The position numbers were made by a program, and so were the translations under genes. A stretch of DNA of 64,000 bases, taken from the NCBI RefSeq assembly GCF_009914755.1, contig NC_060936.1. One strand, 5' to 3'. This DNA comes from the human T2T-CHM13v2.0 reference genome, Homo sapiens. Shown in pieces: positions 41,316 through 55,384 of this stretch. Under the pieces are notes generated by a model that saw only the letters and a program-made list of their open reading frames with translations, did no database searches and had not been told where the DNA came from. Within the stretch, counting starts at the first letter, position 1; each line of letters begins with the position of its first letter.

Positions 41316-41639
41316 AATGTAGGTGTTGGGGGGTGGGGGTGGGGGAGTTAGGGGTAGGAAGGATAAGAAATTCCGAAAACCTAAGCACTCTCTTTAAAAT
41401 CTCAGGATACAGAGGAAGTCTAGGGGTCACTTTAGGGTCCTCAGGTTTCACCACTTGCCCACTCACAGAATGTCTCTACTTTATCCCTGACAAGGCAATC
41501 AGGCTCTGCTTGTATGCCTCCCATGGCAAAGAACTCAGTTTCTCTCCAGGTAGCCCATTTCATCAAGGGGCAGCTCTGCTGGCTACAAATTAAGGCAGAA
41601 TGTCTGCCAATAAGGGAGTGGAGAGAACAAAAGATAGCC

Positions 41640-42285
41640 TTGCCTCCTCCCTTTCCTTCCTTCAGTCTGTTCTCTTCACGGCAGCCAGAATGGTCCAGTT
41701 ATAATTTGTCGGAGAGTGTTGCTTCCTACTCAGAAACCTCCAATGGCTCCCATCTCATTGCACAGTGAAATTCAAAGTCCTCACCAGGGCATAAGAGGCC
41801 CTTCAGGATTTTACCACTTACCTCTCTGGCCTTGTCACCCACTTTCTCTGCTTTGTCATTCACTCCACCCCAGGAACACTGATCCCCTTACTTTTTCTAG
41901 AACTTTGCAGCTGCCGTTTCCTGGCATGGACTGTCTTCTGCCAGACTGCCAATGGCTGGCTCTCTTGCCTTCTTCAAACAGCTTTCTCCCTCTCTCACCT
42001 CCTCCAAGTCTTTGCTCAAATGTTACCTTTGCTTCAAATGTTACCGTAACACCCCATTTAAAATTGTAGCTTCCCCACCTCAACACTCACTACTGCTACA
42101 CTCTATATTATTTTTGTCCTTATCATCTGTCCCCATGTGACCCATTGCTATAAATAGTTTACTAATGTTTCTCATTGTTTCCCATTTACAAAGGTAGAGA
42201 ATTTTCATCTGTTGCTCACAGCTGTATCCTATCTAGAACAGTACCTGTCACATAGTAGGTGCTCATTAAATATTAGTTGAATGAA
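41640..42285 (+). mobile_element. L2 3' region
   Basis: cctccaatggctcccatctca...tctttgctcaaatgttacc...catagtaggtgctcattaaatattagttgaatgaa. Confidence 0.8.
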
Positions 42286-42829
42286 CCATTCAGTAATTCA
42301 ACTTGAGAATGGGGCCTGGCAAACACTAGGTGCCCACACAATGCTGAAGGCATGAATGACTGACCCACCCAGTCCCTCAGGGGGTGATAGAGGAAAAGGG
42401 GGGTTAGTTTGTTTCTCTCTGGAGCCCCATGGCAGCCAGGCAGCCAGGTCCCTGCAGCCTGATGTGACAGCTGGTGGCTGTCTGAGATGTGGGGAACTCT
42501 TAAGCAAAACAGACACGCTCCGTCTCTCCCAACGCCCACTGACTGCAGCTGGAGGTGGAGATGGAGAAATCAATATAAAGATTGGCTTTGGAGGAAAGGA
42601 AAAGAAGATAAGGGCTCTCTACTTCATTGAGGAGGCAGTTGCAGAAAGGACAGGTGGGGGCTGTGTGATGGTGTCACATGGTGCACACCGACCTTCGTAG
42701 CCCTACTTTGTGTTCTGTTCCCTGAGTTGCAGGTGTGGATTCCCACTCCCAGGCTTCGTTCATAGAGATACTCAGCTCCTGAAGCCTTGAGAGTTCCTCC
42801 CAGACCATGTTTCCCCTGTTCAGAGTTTA

Positions 42830-43805
42830 GGCATTTATCATATGCTGGAAAGTGTCAAGTGACTTACTAGGCCCACTAGTGTCTGGCTCCAGTGTGCAGG
42901 TGCTGGGGATACAGGGGTGAACAAGACAAGACAGACAAAAATCCAGGCCTTCATGGCCAGGGAGAGAGACAGATAGTGAACAAGATAAATAAGTAAAATG
43001 TGTAGTGTGTGTGATGGTTGTAAACACCAAGGAGAAAAACAAATCTGGAAAAAGGTAAGAGTTGTTGGGTGTGGAACTGCAATATTATATAGTGACATTT
43101 GGGGAAGGAGCAAGCCACATGGTTATCTGGAGGAATGTGCCAGGCAGAGCAGCCAGTGCAAAGGCCCTGAGGTGGGAACATACTTGGAGAATTCGAAGAC
43201 TAGCAAGGGAGCCAGCATTGTTGGAGTGAATAAGCAACGTCATTCATGTCAATGTCAGAGAGGTAATGGGGGTAGCAGAACTATTATAAGCATGGAGATT
43301 GAGATTGGTGTATTAGTCTGTTTTCACACTGCTGATAAAGACATACCAGATACTGGGTAATTTATAAAGAAAAAGAGGTTTAATAGACCCACAGTTCCAC
43401 ATGGCTGGGGAGGCCTCATGATCATGGCAGAAGGTGAAAGGAAAATGACAGCCAAGTGAAAGGGGAAACCCTGTATAAAACGGTCAGATCTCATGAGACT
43501 TATTCACTACCAAAAGAACAGTATGGGGGAAACCACCCCTGTGATTCAATTATCTCCCACTGGGCCCCACCCATAACACATGGGAATTATAGGAGCTACA
43601 ATTCAAGATGAGATTTGGGTGGGGACACAGCCAAACCATATACATTGGGAAGCCTTTGGAAGAACTTGAGTAGAGGAATTATATGGTGGCTTCCATGCTG
43701 TTGGGTGAAGAGACCAAGTATGCCAAGAACAGAAGCTGGGAGGCAAGTTAGGAGGTGGTCATGATGGTGGCTTTGACCAGGGTGGTAGCAGGGGATACTA
43801 TGGAT
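42830..43805 (-). mobile_element. L2 fragment split by THE1
   Basis: ggtgctggggatacaggggtgaacaagaca...cagtgcaaaggccctgaggtggga. Confidence 0.75.
43309..43643 (-). mobile_element. THE1 solo LTR with internal deletion
   Basis: tgtattagtc...ggggacacagccaaaccatat, 5-bp TSD attgg. Confidence 0.9.
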
Positions 43806-43964
43806 GCTCATTAATTCATCCAAAAACCCTTTCATTCAGAAATCACTTATTGGACAGCTACAGTTTGCCAGCACCATTCTGGGTATTGGGGGTGGTGATA
43901 TGCAAAATTCACCCTGTTTAAATGGAGCTTACTATCTAGTGGGTGCAGGGCAAGAGCCAATTAA

Positions 43965-44077
43965 TAGGGTGACCAACTGTCTTAGTTTTCCTGGGACTAT
44001 CCTGATTTTAGCACTGAAAGTCCCATGTCCCAGGAAGCCACTCAGTCCTGAGCAAACCAGAACAGTTCACCACCCTA
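43965..44077. mobile_element. MER81 (hAT-Blackjack) MITE
   Basis: 113 bp with terminal inverted repeats tagggtg...cacccta. Confidence 0.8.
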
Positions 44078-44364
44078 ATTGTGGAGATGTGTGTTTTGGA
44101 GAGTGAAGGGCTCAGTGAGAGAGAACCAAGCTCCAACACCACAGCTATCCACTCTTGATGATCTGGCTGACCACCTCCCCATTGTTCACAGATGGAGAAA
44201 AGGCTCAGGGAGGAAGGTGTGGGCCCAAGGTGATGTGGCAAATTAGTGGCAAGGCTGGGCATCAAATTGAGGCCTCACATTTTAGAGTTGGAAGAAATCA
44301 GAGCTTGGGAAAAGGAGGCAGCATCACTAGCCACTAATGAAAGGCAAAGGAAGTTTCCAGTGAG

Positions 44365-45825
44365 AGACTGGGACAGAAGAGAGAATCCACAAACAGACAC
44401 GGTCTTGATGTTGACAGAAGAGACATTCGAAATCGTGGAGACCAAATGGACTATTTACTGAATAGTGATTTTTTGGGGGGTAGAGATAGGGTCTCCCTAT
44501 CCTGCTCAGGCTGATCTCAAACTCCTGGGCTCAAGCGATCCTCCCATCTCAGCCTCTCAAAGTGCTGAGATTACAGGTATGAACAACTACTCCTGGCATG
44601 AATTGTTTATACACAGGAAACAAAATGTGAACCCCAACCTCACACTACACACACATACACACACCCCATACACACACAATTCCAGAAGGTTAAAGAACTT
44701 AAATGTGAAAAAGCAAAACTTTCTTGCAATTAGACAAATTAATTTCCTGATCTCAGGAAGTAGAGATGGGTTTTCTAAACTATTCATAATAAGCACAAAT
44801 AAGAAAGGAAAAGTGATACATTAATAATTAAAACTTTTATGCACGAAAACCACCATAGTTAAAGTGAAAAACAAGGTATAGACTGGAAAACATATTTACA
44901 ATGCAAATAAACAACTGTTTCTGAGTTAGTATTCAGTGTACAAACCAGTAAGGTAAAAAGCCAAACAACCCGATAGAGAAATAGACAGCAGATAGGAACA
45001 GGCAGTTCTGAGAAGAATCCCATACAGTCAATAACACATCAAAAAGAGGCTCAATCACATTGGAAGGCAGATTCAAATAATGAGACACAATTTCTCCCCC
45101 ATCGGATTGGCAAAAATGAAAATGTCATCAATATCCAGTGTTGGGAAGATGTGGTGCCAGGGAAATATTTACACTCCGCAGGTGGGAGTATGATTTGGTA
45201 GAACTACTTTGGAGAATAATTTACGAATATTTAGGAAGATTGAAGATGCATGCACCCCTGTAACCCACCAATTGTTCCCCTAGTTTCTGAGAAATGTCAC
45301 ACATACAAAACATTCAAGGTTGTTGATTGCAGCATTGATTATTAAAGTGTAAAAACTAGAAACACCCTAAATATGCATCAGTAGAAGGTTGGACTAATGA
45401 ATTACATCATACACAGGCAATGGAATGATATACAGCAGTTAGCAAATAAGCTGCAGGAATCATCTTTATCATTAATAAATCTTAAAAAGCATAATGCTGA
45501 AGAAAAAAGGAAGTTGCAGAAAAAATACCCTCAATACCATATCACTTCACATAAAATTTAAAAGCGCACAAAACTTGGGCATATAGACAAATGCAATAAA
45601 ATATTACAAACTGCTTATATCAATTTTAAACACCACATTGAGGTGTTCCCTTTCCTATAGGAAAGAAAGGGAGAGTAATGCTTTTAACATATCTGTAATG
45701 GTAAAAAAATAAGTGAAATATGGCAAAATGTTAAGGTTTGACAAAACTGGGTAGAAGTGTGTAAGCATTTTGTTTTGTTTCCTCCGTGATTTTTCGTTTG
45801 TTTAAAACATCTTGTAAAAAGAGGA
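44365..45825 (+). mobile_element. old L1ME 3' region containing a FLAM (44469-44597, minus)
   Basis: aattccagaaggttaaagaacttaaatgtgaaa...gattggcaaaaatgaaaa...tatggcaaaatgttaa. Confidence 0.65.
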
Positions 45826-45831
45826 ATAATA

Positions 45832-46140
45832 GGTTAGGTGTGGTGGCTCATGCCTGTAATCCCAACACTTTGGGAGACCTAGGTGGGCAGACTACTTGAG
45901 GTCAGCAGTTCAAGACCAGCCTGGCCAACACGGTGAAACCCTGTCGCTACTAAAAATACCAAAAAAATGAACCAGGTATGGTGCTGCACACCTGTAATCC
46001 CAGCTACTTGGGAGGCTGAGGCAGGAGAATTGCTTGAACCTGGGAAGCAGAGGCTGCAGCGAGCCAAGATCATGACAGAGCTGATCTGATCTTGCCTGAG
46101 CGACAGAGCTGTCTCAAAATATATATATATATATATATAT
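45832..46140 (+). mobile_element. AluS with altered 3' end and (AT)n tail
   Basis: Complete left arm; right arm ends gacagagctgatctgatcttgcctgagcgacagagctgtctc. Confidence 0.9.
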
Positions 46141-46321
46141 GCTTATTGCTGGGAAACTCCAAGAGGTCCAGCATTCTTACTGTGGCATTCACACATCCAA
46201 GAAACAATTATTGAGTGCCCACTGTGTGCATGCTCCACCTACTGTGTTAGGTGTGGAAGCACAGGAATGACTGACATCATCTTATTTATAATTTGCTGAG
46301 TGCTTATATATATAGCAGTAG

Positions 46322-46648
<327 letters not shown>

Positions 46649-46781
46649 TGTACATGCATTTTCTCACTTTCCTTTTACATCCCAATGATGTAGGTACTAT
46701 TATTAGCTTTTTGTCTTACAGATGAAGAAACAGAGGGCAAATAAGGGATGGTGGCAAGATTTCACCCTAGGTCAGTCTGAC

Positions 46782-47330
46782 TGTGGCAGATTGTATTTTC
46801 AAAGATGACCGCCATCCTTATAATGTGATCTTGACCTTCTCCCATGGAGTGGTAGGATCTATGCCCCCTCCCTTGGAACCTGGAGTTTTTGACTGCCTTA
46901 CTGATGGAGTATGCTAAGCCGGAAATGACATTATGTGACTTCAGAAGCTAGGCCCTAGGAAAGTGATGCACTTCTGCTTTGTTTTCTTGGGATGCTCACT
47001 CTTGGAATCCAGCCACCATACTGTGAGGAAGCCCAATTTAGCCCATGCAGAGGAACTAGTGAGAGGCCACATGGAGGTGCTTCAGTTGACAGCCCCAGGT
47101 GAGGTCCCAGCAGACAGCCTGACTCCGCCACCAGACATGTAAGTGAGGGAGCCTTTGAGATGACTCCAGTTCCAGCCTCCATCCACCTGTGACTGCATGA
47201 AAGACCATGAGCAAAACCACCCAGCTGAGCCCATCAACTCTTGGAACCAAGAGAGATAATAATAAAATGATTGTGTTTTTAGGCACTAGGTTTTAGGATG
47301 ATTTGTTTTGCAGCAAGAGATAACCAGAGA
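46782..47330 (+). mobile_element. MaLR solo LTR (MLT1G/F-like)
   Basis: tgtggcagattgtattttcaaagatg...ccagctgagccca...gcagcaagagataaccaga. Confidence 0.75.
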
Positions 47331-48094
47331 TTGTCTCCAAAAGCTGTTCTCCCAGCCACTATGCTCCACGCATCTCCTACCAAAGTGACCAGCCTGAATG
47401 GAGAGGTGGACAAGCAGCAGACAATTCCATCACATGTGGATGGCTATGGAGTGAGCACAGGCAGCCTATATTTCCAGCCCCACCTGGATCTGTACCAGGA
47501 AGATTCTGGAGAGCTCCAGAAGTCTTCCCTGAGGTGGCGACACCTGCTCAGCTTTAAAAAACAGGCATTCCTAGGGCATCTCAGACACAGGGAACAGCCC
47601 ATGAAAGGACTTAGGCTTCAGAGACCTTGGCATCTTTGCAGAGCGGCCTCAAGGCCTGGCCAGAGAAAAGGCAGCACCTGCTGGGGAGGGAGGTAGGAAG
47701 CAGGTGGTAAGGTTGCTGGTGGGGGCCTGGATGTGAAGGGCCTAGACCATTCCTCTGGAGAGGTAGAAGGTGTTGCAGAAGGAGCGCTTGCTCTATACTC
47801 ATGCTCGGAATCAAATCCCAACTCAGGTGACCTTGCACAAGTCACTGTATCTCTTCAAGTGCTATGAATGAGCAACTAGAAACCAATGCTAATACTGTAG
47901 TTACCATGTCTGTTCCTATTCTGGGGCACAGGATGTGGGTTCCAGCTCTGGGTTTTCCTCACTGCCCATGGAATCTCCAGCAAGTCTCATCCCCTCTCGG
48001 AACTCATTTCCTCCCTGGTCTCATAGGAGAATGATTCTGGTCTTCCTTCCCCATGATGCATAGTGTGGCTCTGAGACACAAACATTTGAGGGGG

Positions 48095-48345
48095 CTGCAC
48101 ACACCGTGAGAAGGAGGCAGGCTGCAGAGGGGCCTGTGTCTTTATGTACAGATAACTAAATAATGCCATGAGGGTGGGGGTGGGTGAGAGGCAGGGGGAG
48201 GATGCAAATGCGGAGTTCAGCGCTGTGGGTCCAATAGATGGGGAGGGAGGGGGCTTGAAGCTGTGGAGAGGAAGGAAGACACCACTCTGACCCTGAGGTT
48301 AATCATGATTACTTCTCCATCAAATCCCACCAAATTAAAAGGAAG
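48095..48345. promoter_or_regulatory. candidate enhancer (RBPJ, octamer, palindromic homeodomain site)
   Basis: CGTGAGAA 48105, ATGCAAAT 48202, TAATCATGATTA 48300. Confidence 0.35.
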
Positions 48346-48389
48346 TGTGTATAGGGGAGACAGAGAGAGAAAGAAGGACAAAGAGAGAT

Positions 48390-48525
48390 GGTTGCCCAGG
48401 TGGCACAGTCTTGGCTCACTACAGTCTCGACCTCCCAGGCTCAGGTGATCCTCTGAGCTCAGTTTCCCAAATAGCTGGGACTACAGGCATGCACCACCAT
48501 GCCCAGCAATTTTTTGTGTTTTTTG
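48390..48525 (-). mobile_element. AluJ right-arm fragment between GA-rich tracts
   Basis: ttggctcactacagtctcgacctcccaggctcaggtgatcc. Confidence 0.85.
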
Positions 48526-48526
48526 A

Positions 48527-48556
48527 AGAGAGAGAGAGAGAGAGACAGAGAGATTA

Positions 48557-48614
<58 letters not shown>
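48527..48614. repeat. (GA)n microsatellite
   Basis: Direct reading. Confidence 0.95.
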
Positions 48615-48616
<2 letters not shown>

Positions 48617-50011
48617 CTTTGCAAGCTGTTGCTGGAGAACCATGAGAGTGATTTTCTGAAATGAAGATGAAACTGCTGAGAGAACAAGAAAGTATCACAG
48701 GTTCTGACACTCATCCGCCCTTCCAGCTTTCCCTCTCCCTACCCCTCCATCACTCTCCACAGGGCTCCCTTGCCATTTTACCTTTCCCAGGGCTGAGCTT
48801 TGGCCTCCTGGGGCTGCTCCTCCCTGGGGAAGAATGCTGACCTCCCTGCACAGAGAACACATCCCCCTCCAGGGCCCAGCTCCTGTCCTGGGAGGACTTC
48901 GCGTATTCCCCACCTCCCTACGTAGGTTCTTCTGCTACTATTACCTTGGCTAAGCTGGCCACAGGGGATGGGACATGTGTCCCCATCCCATGACTGTGAG
49001 TTCCCAGAAGGTGGACCCAGCATAGCTGGATCCCAGAGCTCACTTCCAGACAGCCCTTCTCTCCTATCCAGGGCAAGAGGACACTGTTGGGGAAGGGACT
49101 GGGCATGGGGGTATCGGGGTCACCCCCAGAGCAGTGAGCTTTCACCTGCCCTGGAGTTGACGTCTACTTTGCCCATCCCCACAGTGGCCCACTGCACAGA
49201 TGGGGAGAGAGTGGCACTCCCTGACACTGTGCCAGGCCCGAGCCTCAGCACTTTACCACTTCTCTCTTATTCCACATAGAGCACAGTACTTGTCCAGGCT
49301 CACCTAGCTGGGAGGGGACAGAGGATGAATCTGAGCTCAGGTAACTTGGTTCCAAGCCTGAGATCTTCAACCCTGTGGGTCCTGAAGCTCAATCCTTTTT
49401 TCTGGCATAGTGGTGGAAAGAAGTTTATTCATTTATTCAACAAATGGCCAGGGACACACAGGTGAATAAGACGGAGGTCGCCTTGTGCAGGTGGGGTTAG
49501 GGTGTGGTGGGGAAAAACATAGTGAACCAATCATGATGCTAAGGATTGAGGACTGAGGCCCTTGTGGTGCAGGGGACTTGAAGGAGTTGAACTGCAAGAG
49601 CTATCCTGTGGGGAGGAGGGGACAGGGGTGGGAAAGTTCTCAGGGAAGCTTCTTAAAGGAAGGACTTGTCACAGCCTGGGAGGAATGTTCTAGCAGATTG
49701 GCAAGGGGTGGTGTCCAGGCAGAGGGAATAGCATGTATAGGTGCCAGGAGGCTGGCAGGGGCATGTGAGACACAGCAGGGAGGGAAAAGGTGGGGGAACT
49801 CAGGCCAGTATGTGCAGAGCCTTGGAAGTTTCTGGAAGGACTTTGAGCACTTAGGACTTGCTAAGCATTTCACATGATTTGAATCCTGACATCACCCAAT
49901 GAGGGAGCTCATGTTTGATGCCCATTTTGCAGATGGCGTAACTGAGGCTCAGAGAGTTGCATTCATTTGCCTGAGGTCACACAGCAAGTTGACTCCTGAT
50001 TCTTTGCTCTT

Positions 50012-50311
50012 TTTTTTTCTCTATCTCTCTTTTTTGAGATAGGGTCTCACTCCGGTTGTCCAGGAGGCACGATCTTGGCTCACTGCAGCCTCCGTCTCCC
50101 AGACTCAGGTGATCCTCTGAGCTCAGTCTCCTGAGTAGCTGGGACTACAGGCACATGCCACTATGCCTGGCTAATTTTTTGTTTTATTTTGTGTAGAGAC
50201 GGGGTCTCGCTATGTTGCCCAGGCTGATCTCAAACTCCTGGGGTCAGGCGATCCTCTTGCCTCAGCCTCCCAAAATGCTGGGATTACAGGCATGAGCCAC
50301 CGCACCCAGCC
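50012..50311 (-). mobile_element. AluJ
   Basis: 15-bp TSD tgattctttgctctt. Confidence 0.92.
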
Positions 50312-51356
50312 TGATTCTTTGCTCTTAATGCCCCCTGTGGCCTCTTCTCTGGCTCTTTCTGTGGAAGGTTAGAACCAGGACAGGAGAGACCCCAGTCCTC
50401 CCCTGCAGCCTCCTCAGCCTTGGCTCCAGCACCCTTAGAAGGAGGAGGAGGAGAGGCATGGACACTGAACTCCACAGCCCGAGGAGAGGGAGGAGGCAAG
50501 AGAGAGGAGAGGAGTGAGGCTGAGGGTTTGGCTGCTGCTTTTGCCTTTTCCAGGTTGGAGTGGATTAAAGGCTTGCTAGGAAACAGTTTTCCAGGATAAC
50601 AAGTGGTCCTTGGAGGGTCAAAGTCCAGCGGCCTCTCCCCTCCCCCGTGGGACTGCACAGACACCGCAGTGAGGGGAAATGGCAGGCTTGTTGTGCAGGA
50701 CAAAGATGGAGTCAGAGTTGGGGGGAGGAGGAAGGGGAGGAGGAACAGGAAGGAGAAGAGAAGGAGGAGAGGGAGGAGTGGGAGAAGGGAGAGGAGGGGA
50801 AGGGCAGGCTTTTCAGTGGCAAATATTTGATTTCCAGAGTTGACCCATTTCCAGCAAGGACAGAATGATGAAGGGTGACATGCATAGGTCTCTGCAAGAA
50901 CACAGGAGATCATACTCACACCAAGCCATGCACCTCTCAGGGACCCCACAACCACCCTGCAGCCGAGCCACACTGGGTTAGAAACCGCAGATGCAACCCA
51001 CGACCTCGTTCTACAGACTGAGAGCAGAGCCAGGGAAGAGGTGGGGCCCATAATAGTATGATGGCAATTCTAGCTACGGTTAATTGAGCGCTTACTCTTT
51101 GATGGACCTTGAGCTCGGCACTTTCTGTTCAACAAATAATGCAGCTTCATTAACTGCCTTCTATTTATTTAGGTATGGCCCTATCCATTTATTTATATGC
51201 CTTTGTGTTTCTCATATAAATTCCTGAGGGAGGTGAAGCTGTCCCTTTATCTGCTGGGAAGCTCATGCTGGCATGCTCAGCGCCTGATGCATATTATCTC
51301 ATTTAATCCCAACAACAGTCCTATTGTAATCATGATTTCTATTTTTTTACTCTTAA

Positions 51357-51582
<226 letters not shown>

Positions 51583-51924
51583 TGACTGACTTTGTTTAAC
51601 CCTTACAATAATTCTATGATGTGTTAGAGAGCTTTGCCATTTCCCTTTTGCAAATGAGAAAACTGAGGCTCTAGGAGAACTGATTTGCCAAAGGCCACTC
51701 AGCCCACAAGTGGCATTGCCAGGGCACCTGCCTGACTCCAGCGCCCTAAGTAAGATCCTGAACGTCAAGTGCGGTCTTGTCCAGGGATGTGAGGACTGCG
51801 GAATAGGTTCCCCCTGAGAACAAGGAGACGTGGGCTGCAACTGCAGTGTGTGGATTTAGGTTAACTTCAAGAAGGACTTCCTGACAATCTCATGGGCCCA
51901 GAGGAGTTTCAGATGTGTCCCTGA

Positions 51925-52584
<660 letters not shown>

Positions 52585-52591
52585 TAATATG

Positions 52592-53211
<620 letters not shown>

Positions 53212-53239
53212 TGAGATCAGCCTTGGAGGGTCCTTTAGA

Positions 53240-53975
53240 TATTCATTCATTCATTTATTCCTCCAATCACTATTGCCCGAGCATCTACTGTGGGCCAGCC
53301 AATGTTCTAGGTGCTGGGGACCCTGTGATGAACAAACCCGACAAACACTCTGCCCTTAAGAAGCTCACCTTCTCATGGGTGAAAGGCTGAGAGCAAACAA
53401 ACAATAAGTAGATACTATACTATTTCAGAAGGTAGTGGGCAGGGGGTGGTTACAGCAGGACAGGGGTCAGGGAGTACCAGGGGAAGGTTGGGTGCATTTT
53501 TAGGTAAGGTGGCCAGGGTAGCCTCATAGAGAGAACATGTTTTTAGCAACGACTTGAAAAGGGTGAGGAAGTTTGCTATGGGGATATAACAGGGAAAGAA
53601 ATGCAGGCAGAAGCAAACAGCCAGTGCAAAGGCCCTGCGGTGGGCAGCCAGGGGCTGGGGTAGAGGGAGGGAGGAGTGCGCAGCAGGGGTTGGGGTGGCC
53701 AGAGGGGCTGGCAGCAGATCATGTAGGCCTTGTCTGACATGGAGAAGACTTCGGCTGTTTCTCTGAGGGAGATGGGAGCCATGGGAGGATATTGAGCACA
53801 GGAGGCACTGATTTATTTGTCTAACAGGATTCCTCTGGGGGTTGTGGGGAGGTGGACTGTAGGGGGCCAGGGTGGTGACAGAGACCAGAGAGGAGCTACT
53901 GCAGTAGTCCGAGCGGGAGATGATGGTGGCTTGCACCACACGGTGGCATGGTGGAGTGGATGGAATTGGATCTGT
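53240..53975 (-). mobile_element. L2 fragment
   Basis: attcattcattcatttattc...cagtgcaaaggccctg...gagatgatggtggcttgcacca. Confidence 0.8.
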
Positions 53976-54032
53976 TCTGAATTTTTCACTCCCTCACTCA
54001 TTCATTCATTCCATTATCCATCCAACCCATAA

Positions 54033-54312
54033 TTTTTTTTTTTTTTTTTTTTGAGACAGGGTCTCACTCTCTCACCCAGGCTGGAGTGCAGTGGCACAAT
54101 CTCGGCTCACTGCAACCTCTGCCTCCCCACCCTCCCCGCTCAGCCTCCCGAGTAGTTGGGACTACAGGCATGCACCACCACACCTGGCTATTTTTTTTTT
54201 ATTTTTAGTAGAGATGGGGTTTTGCCATGTTGCCCAGGCAGGCCTGAAACTATCCACCCTCCTAAGCCTCCCAAAGTGCTGGGATGACAGGTGTGAGCCA
54301 TGGCACTTGGTC
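54033..54312 (-). mobile_element. AluJ with small internal deletions
   Basis: Poly(T) start, TSD caacccataa. Confidence 0.9.
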
Positions 54313-54654
54313 CAACCCATAAATATCTATTGGGACCCTCCTATGTGGCAGACAGGAGGGGTACAAAAAACAGTATGCAAAAGAGACCTAGACCCTGCCC
54401 AAATAGAGCTGAGGTTTAGTGGAGAGACAGATACTCATCCAATAAGCATGAAATCAACATATCGTTACACACTGCAATAAGTGTCAGGAAGGGGAGGGCC
54501 AGGGGGCTACCAGAAGACTGTCACAGCCACAGGCCCCAGCCCAGGGACCTTCTAGCTCAAGCCCCTCATCACGCATGTGGAGAAACCGAGGCACACAGAG
54601 GGAGCATGACTGGCTCAAGGTCACACAGCAGGTCCTTGGCAGAGCTAGAGAAAG

Positions 54655-55230
54655 AACTCCGCCCCCTGCCTCCCAGCAGGTGGCTGTCAGCACCATCACC
54701 GCTTCCAGAGCTCAGGCCTCCCCCGCCCCCACCGCAGCCACCCGTGGTTTATGGCCCCCGGAAGCCCCTCCGAAGTGTCTCATCAGCGAGGCCCCGGGCC
54801 ACGGGAGATGGGCTCGTCCCAGCTCGGGCCAGGCAGCCGCCGATCGATTGCGCGTGTGCCGCCCCGATACTCCATCTCATTAGGCCTTCGTTTTCATCTC
54901 CCGGCTTCCTGGCAGCCTTCAAATTATCCCATAAAATTTATTTACTATTTCATGAATACATAAGCAGCAGGCAGGCACAAGCTTTTTATATATTTACACT
55001 GTATATATTTCACGGGAGACTTATAGCTGTCTCTAAGGCAGAGCGGGGAGAGGGAGAGAGACTGAGCAGACGGAGCCGGCAGCTGGTGGCAGAGGGAGGA
55101 GACAGGAGGGAGGCGCGTGGAGGGCAGGCGGGGACGAGGGGCCCACGGTGCCCACGGCGGCACTGGGCCACACTGGGCTGACCTGACACTGCTGGGCAAG
55201 GGATCGGGGAAGGCTCCACTTTGGGACACG
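54655..55230. promoter_or_regulatory. small CpG-island-like element with AT-rich core; candidate enhancer/insulator
   Basis: About 34 CpG in ~570 bp by hand; CCAGCAGGTGGCTG 54673, TTTATGGC 54748, CCCATAAAA 54928. Confidence 0.55.
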
Positions 55231-55384
55231 CATGTCATGTCAGTGAGGCAGGGCTCCTGGGCTCTGAGGTGTGGGGCTGAGGTTGATGCTGCAGGTCAGT
55301 GGTGCTGGGTGTGAGGCTCCAACCTTACAACAGTCTAGTATGGAGGTACTGATGGGTCATAGGGGATCCTCATGCTGGTGGAGA

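Noticed and set aside
50284-51051. 255-aa minus-strand ORF
   Set aside because: Spans a GA-rich low-complexity tract and ends in an Alu; no recognisable domain
54606-55181. 191-aa ORF across the CpG-rich element
   Set aside because: GC-rich open frame with no recognisable homology; better explained as regulatory DNA
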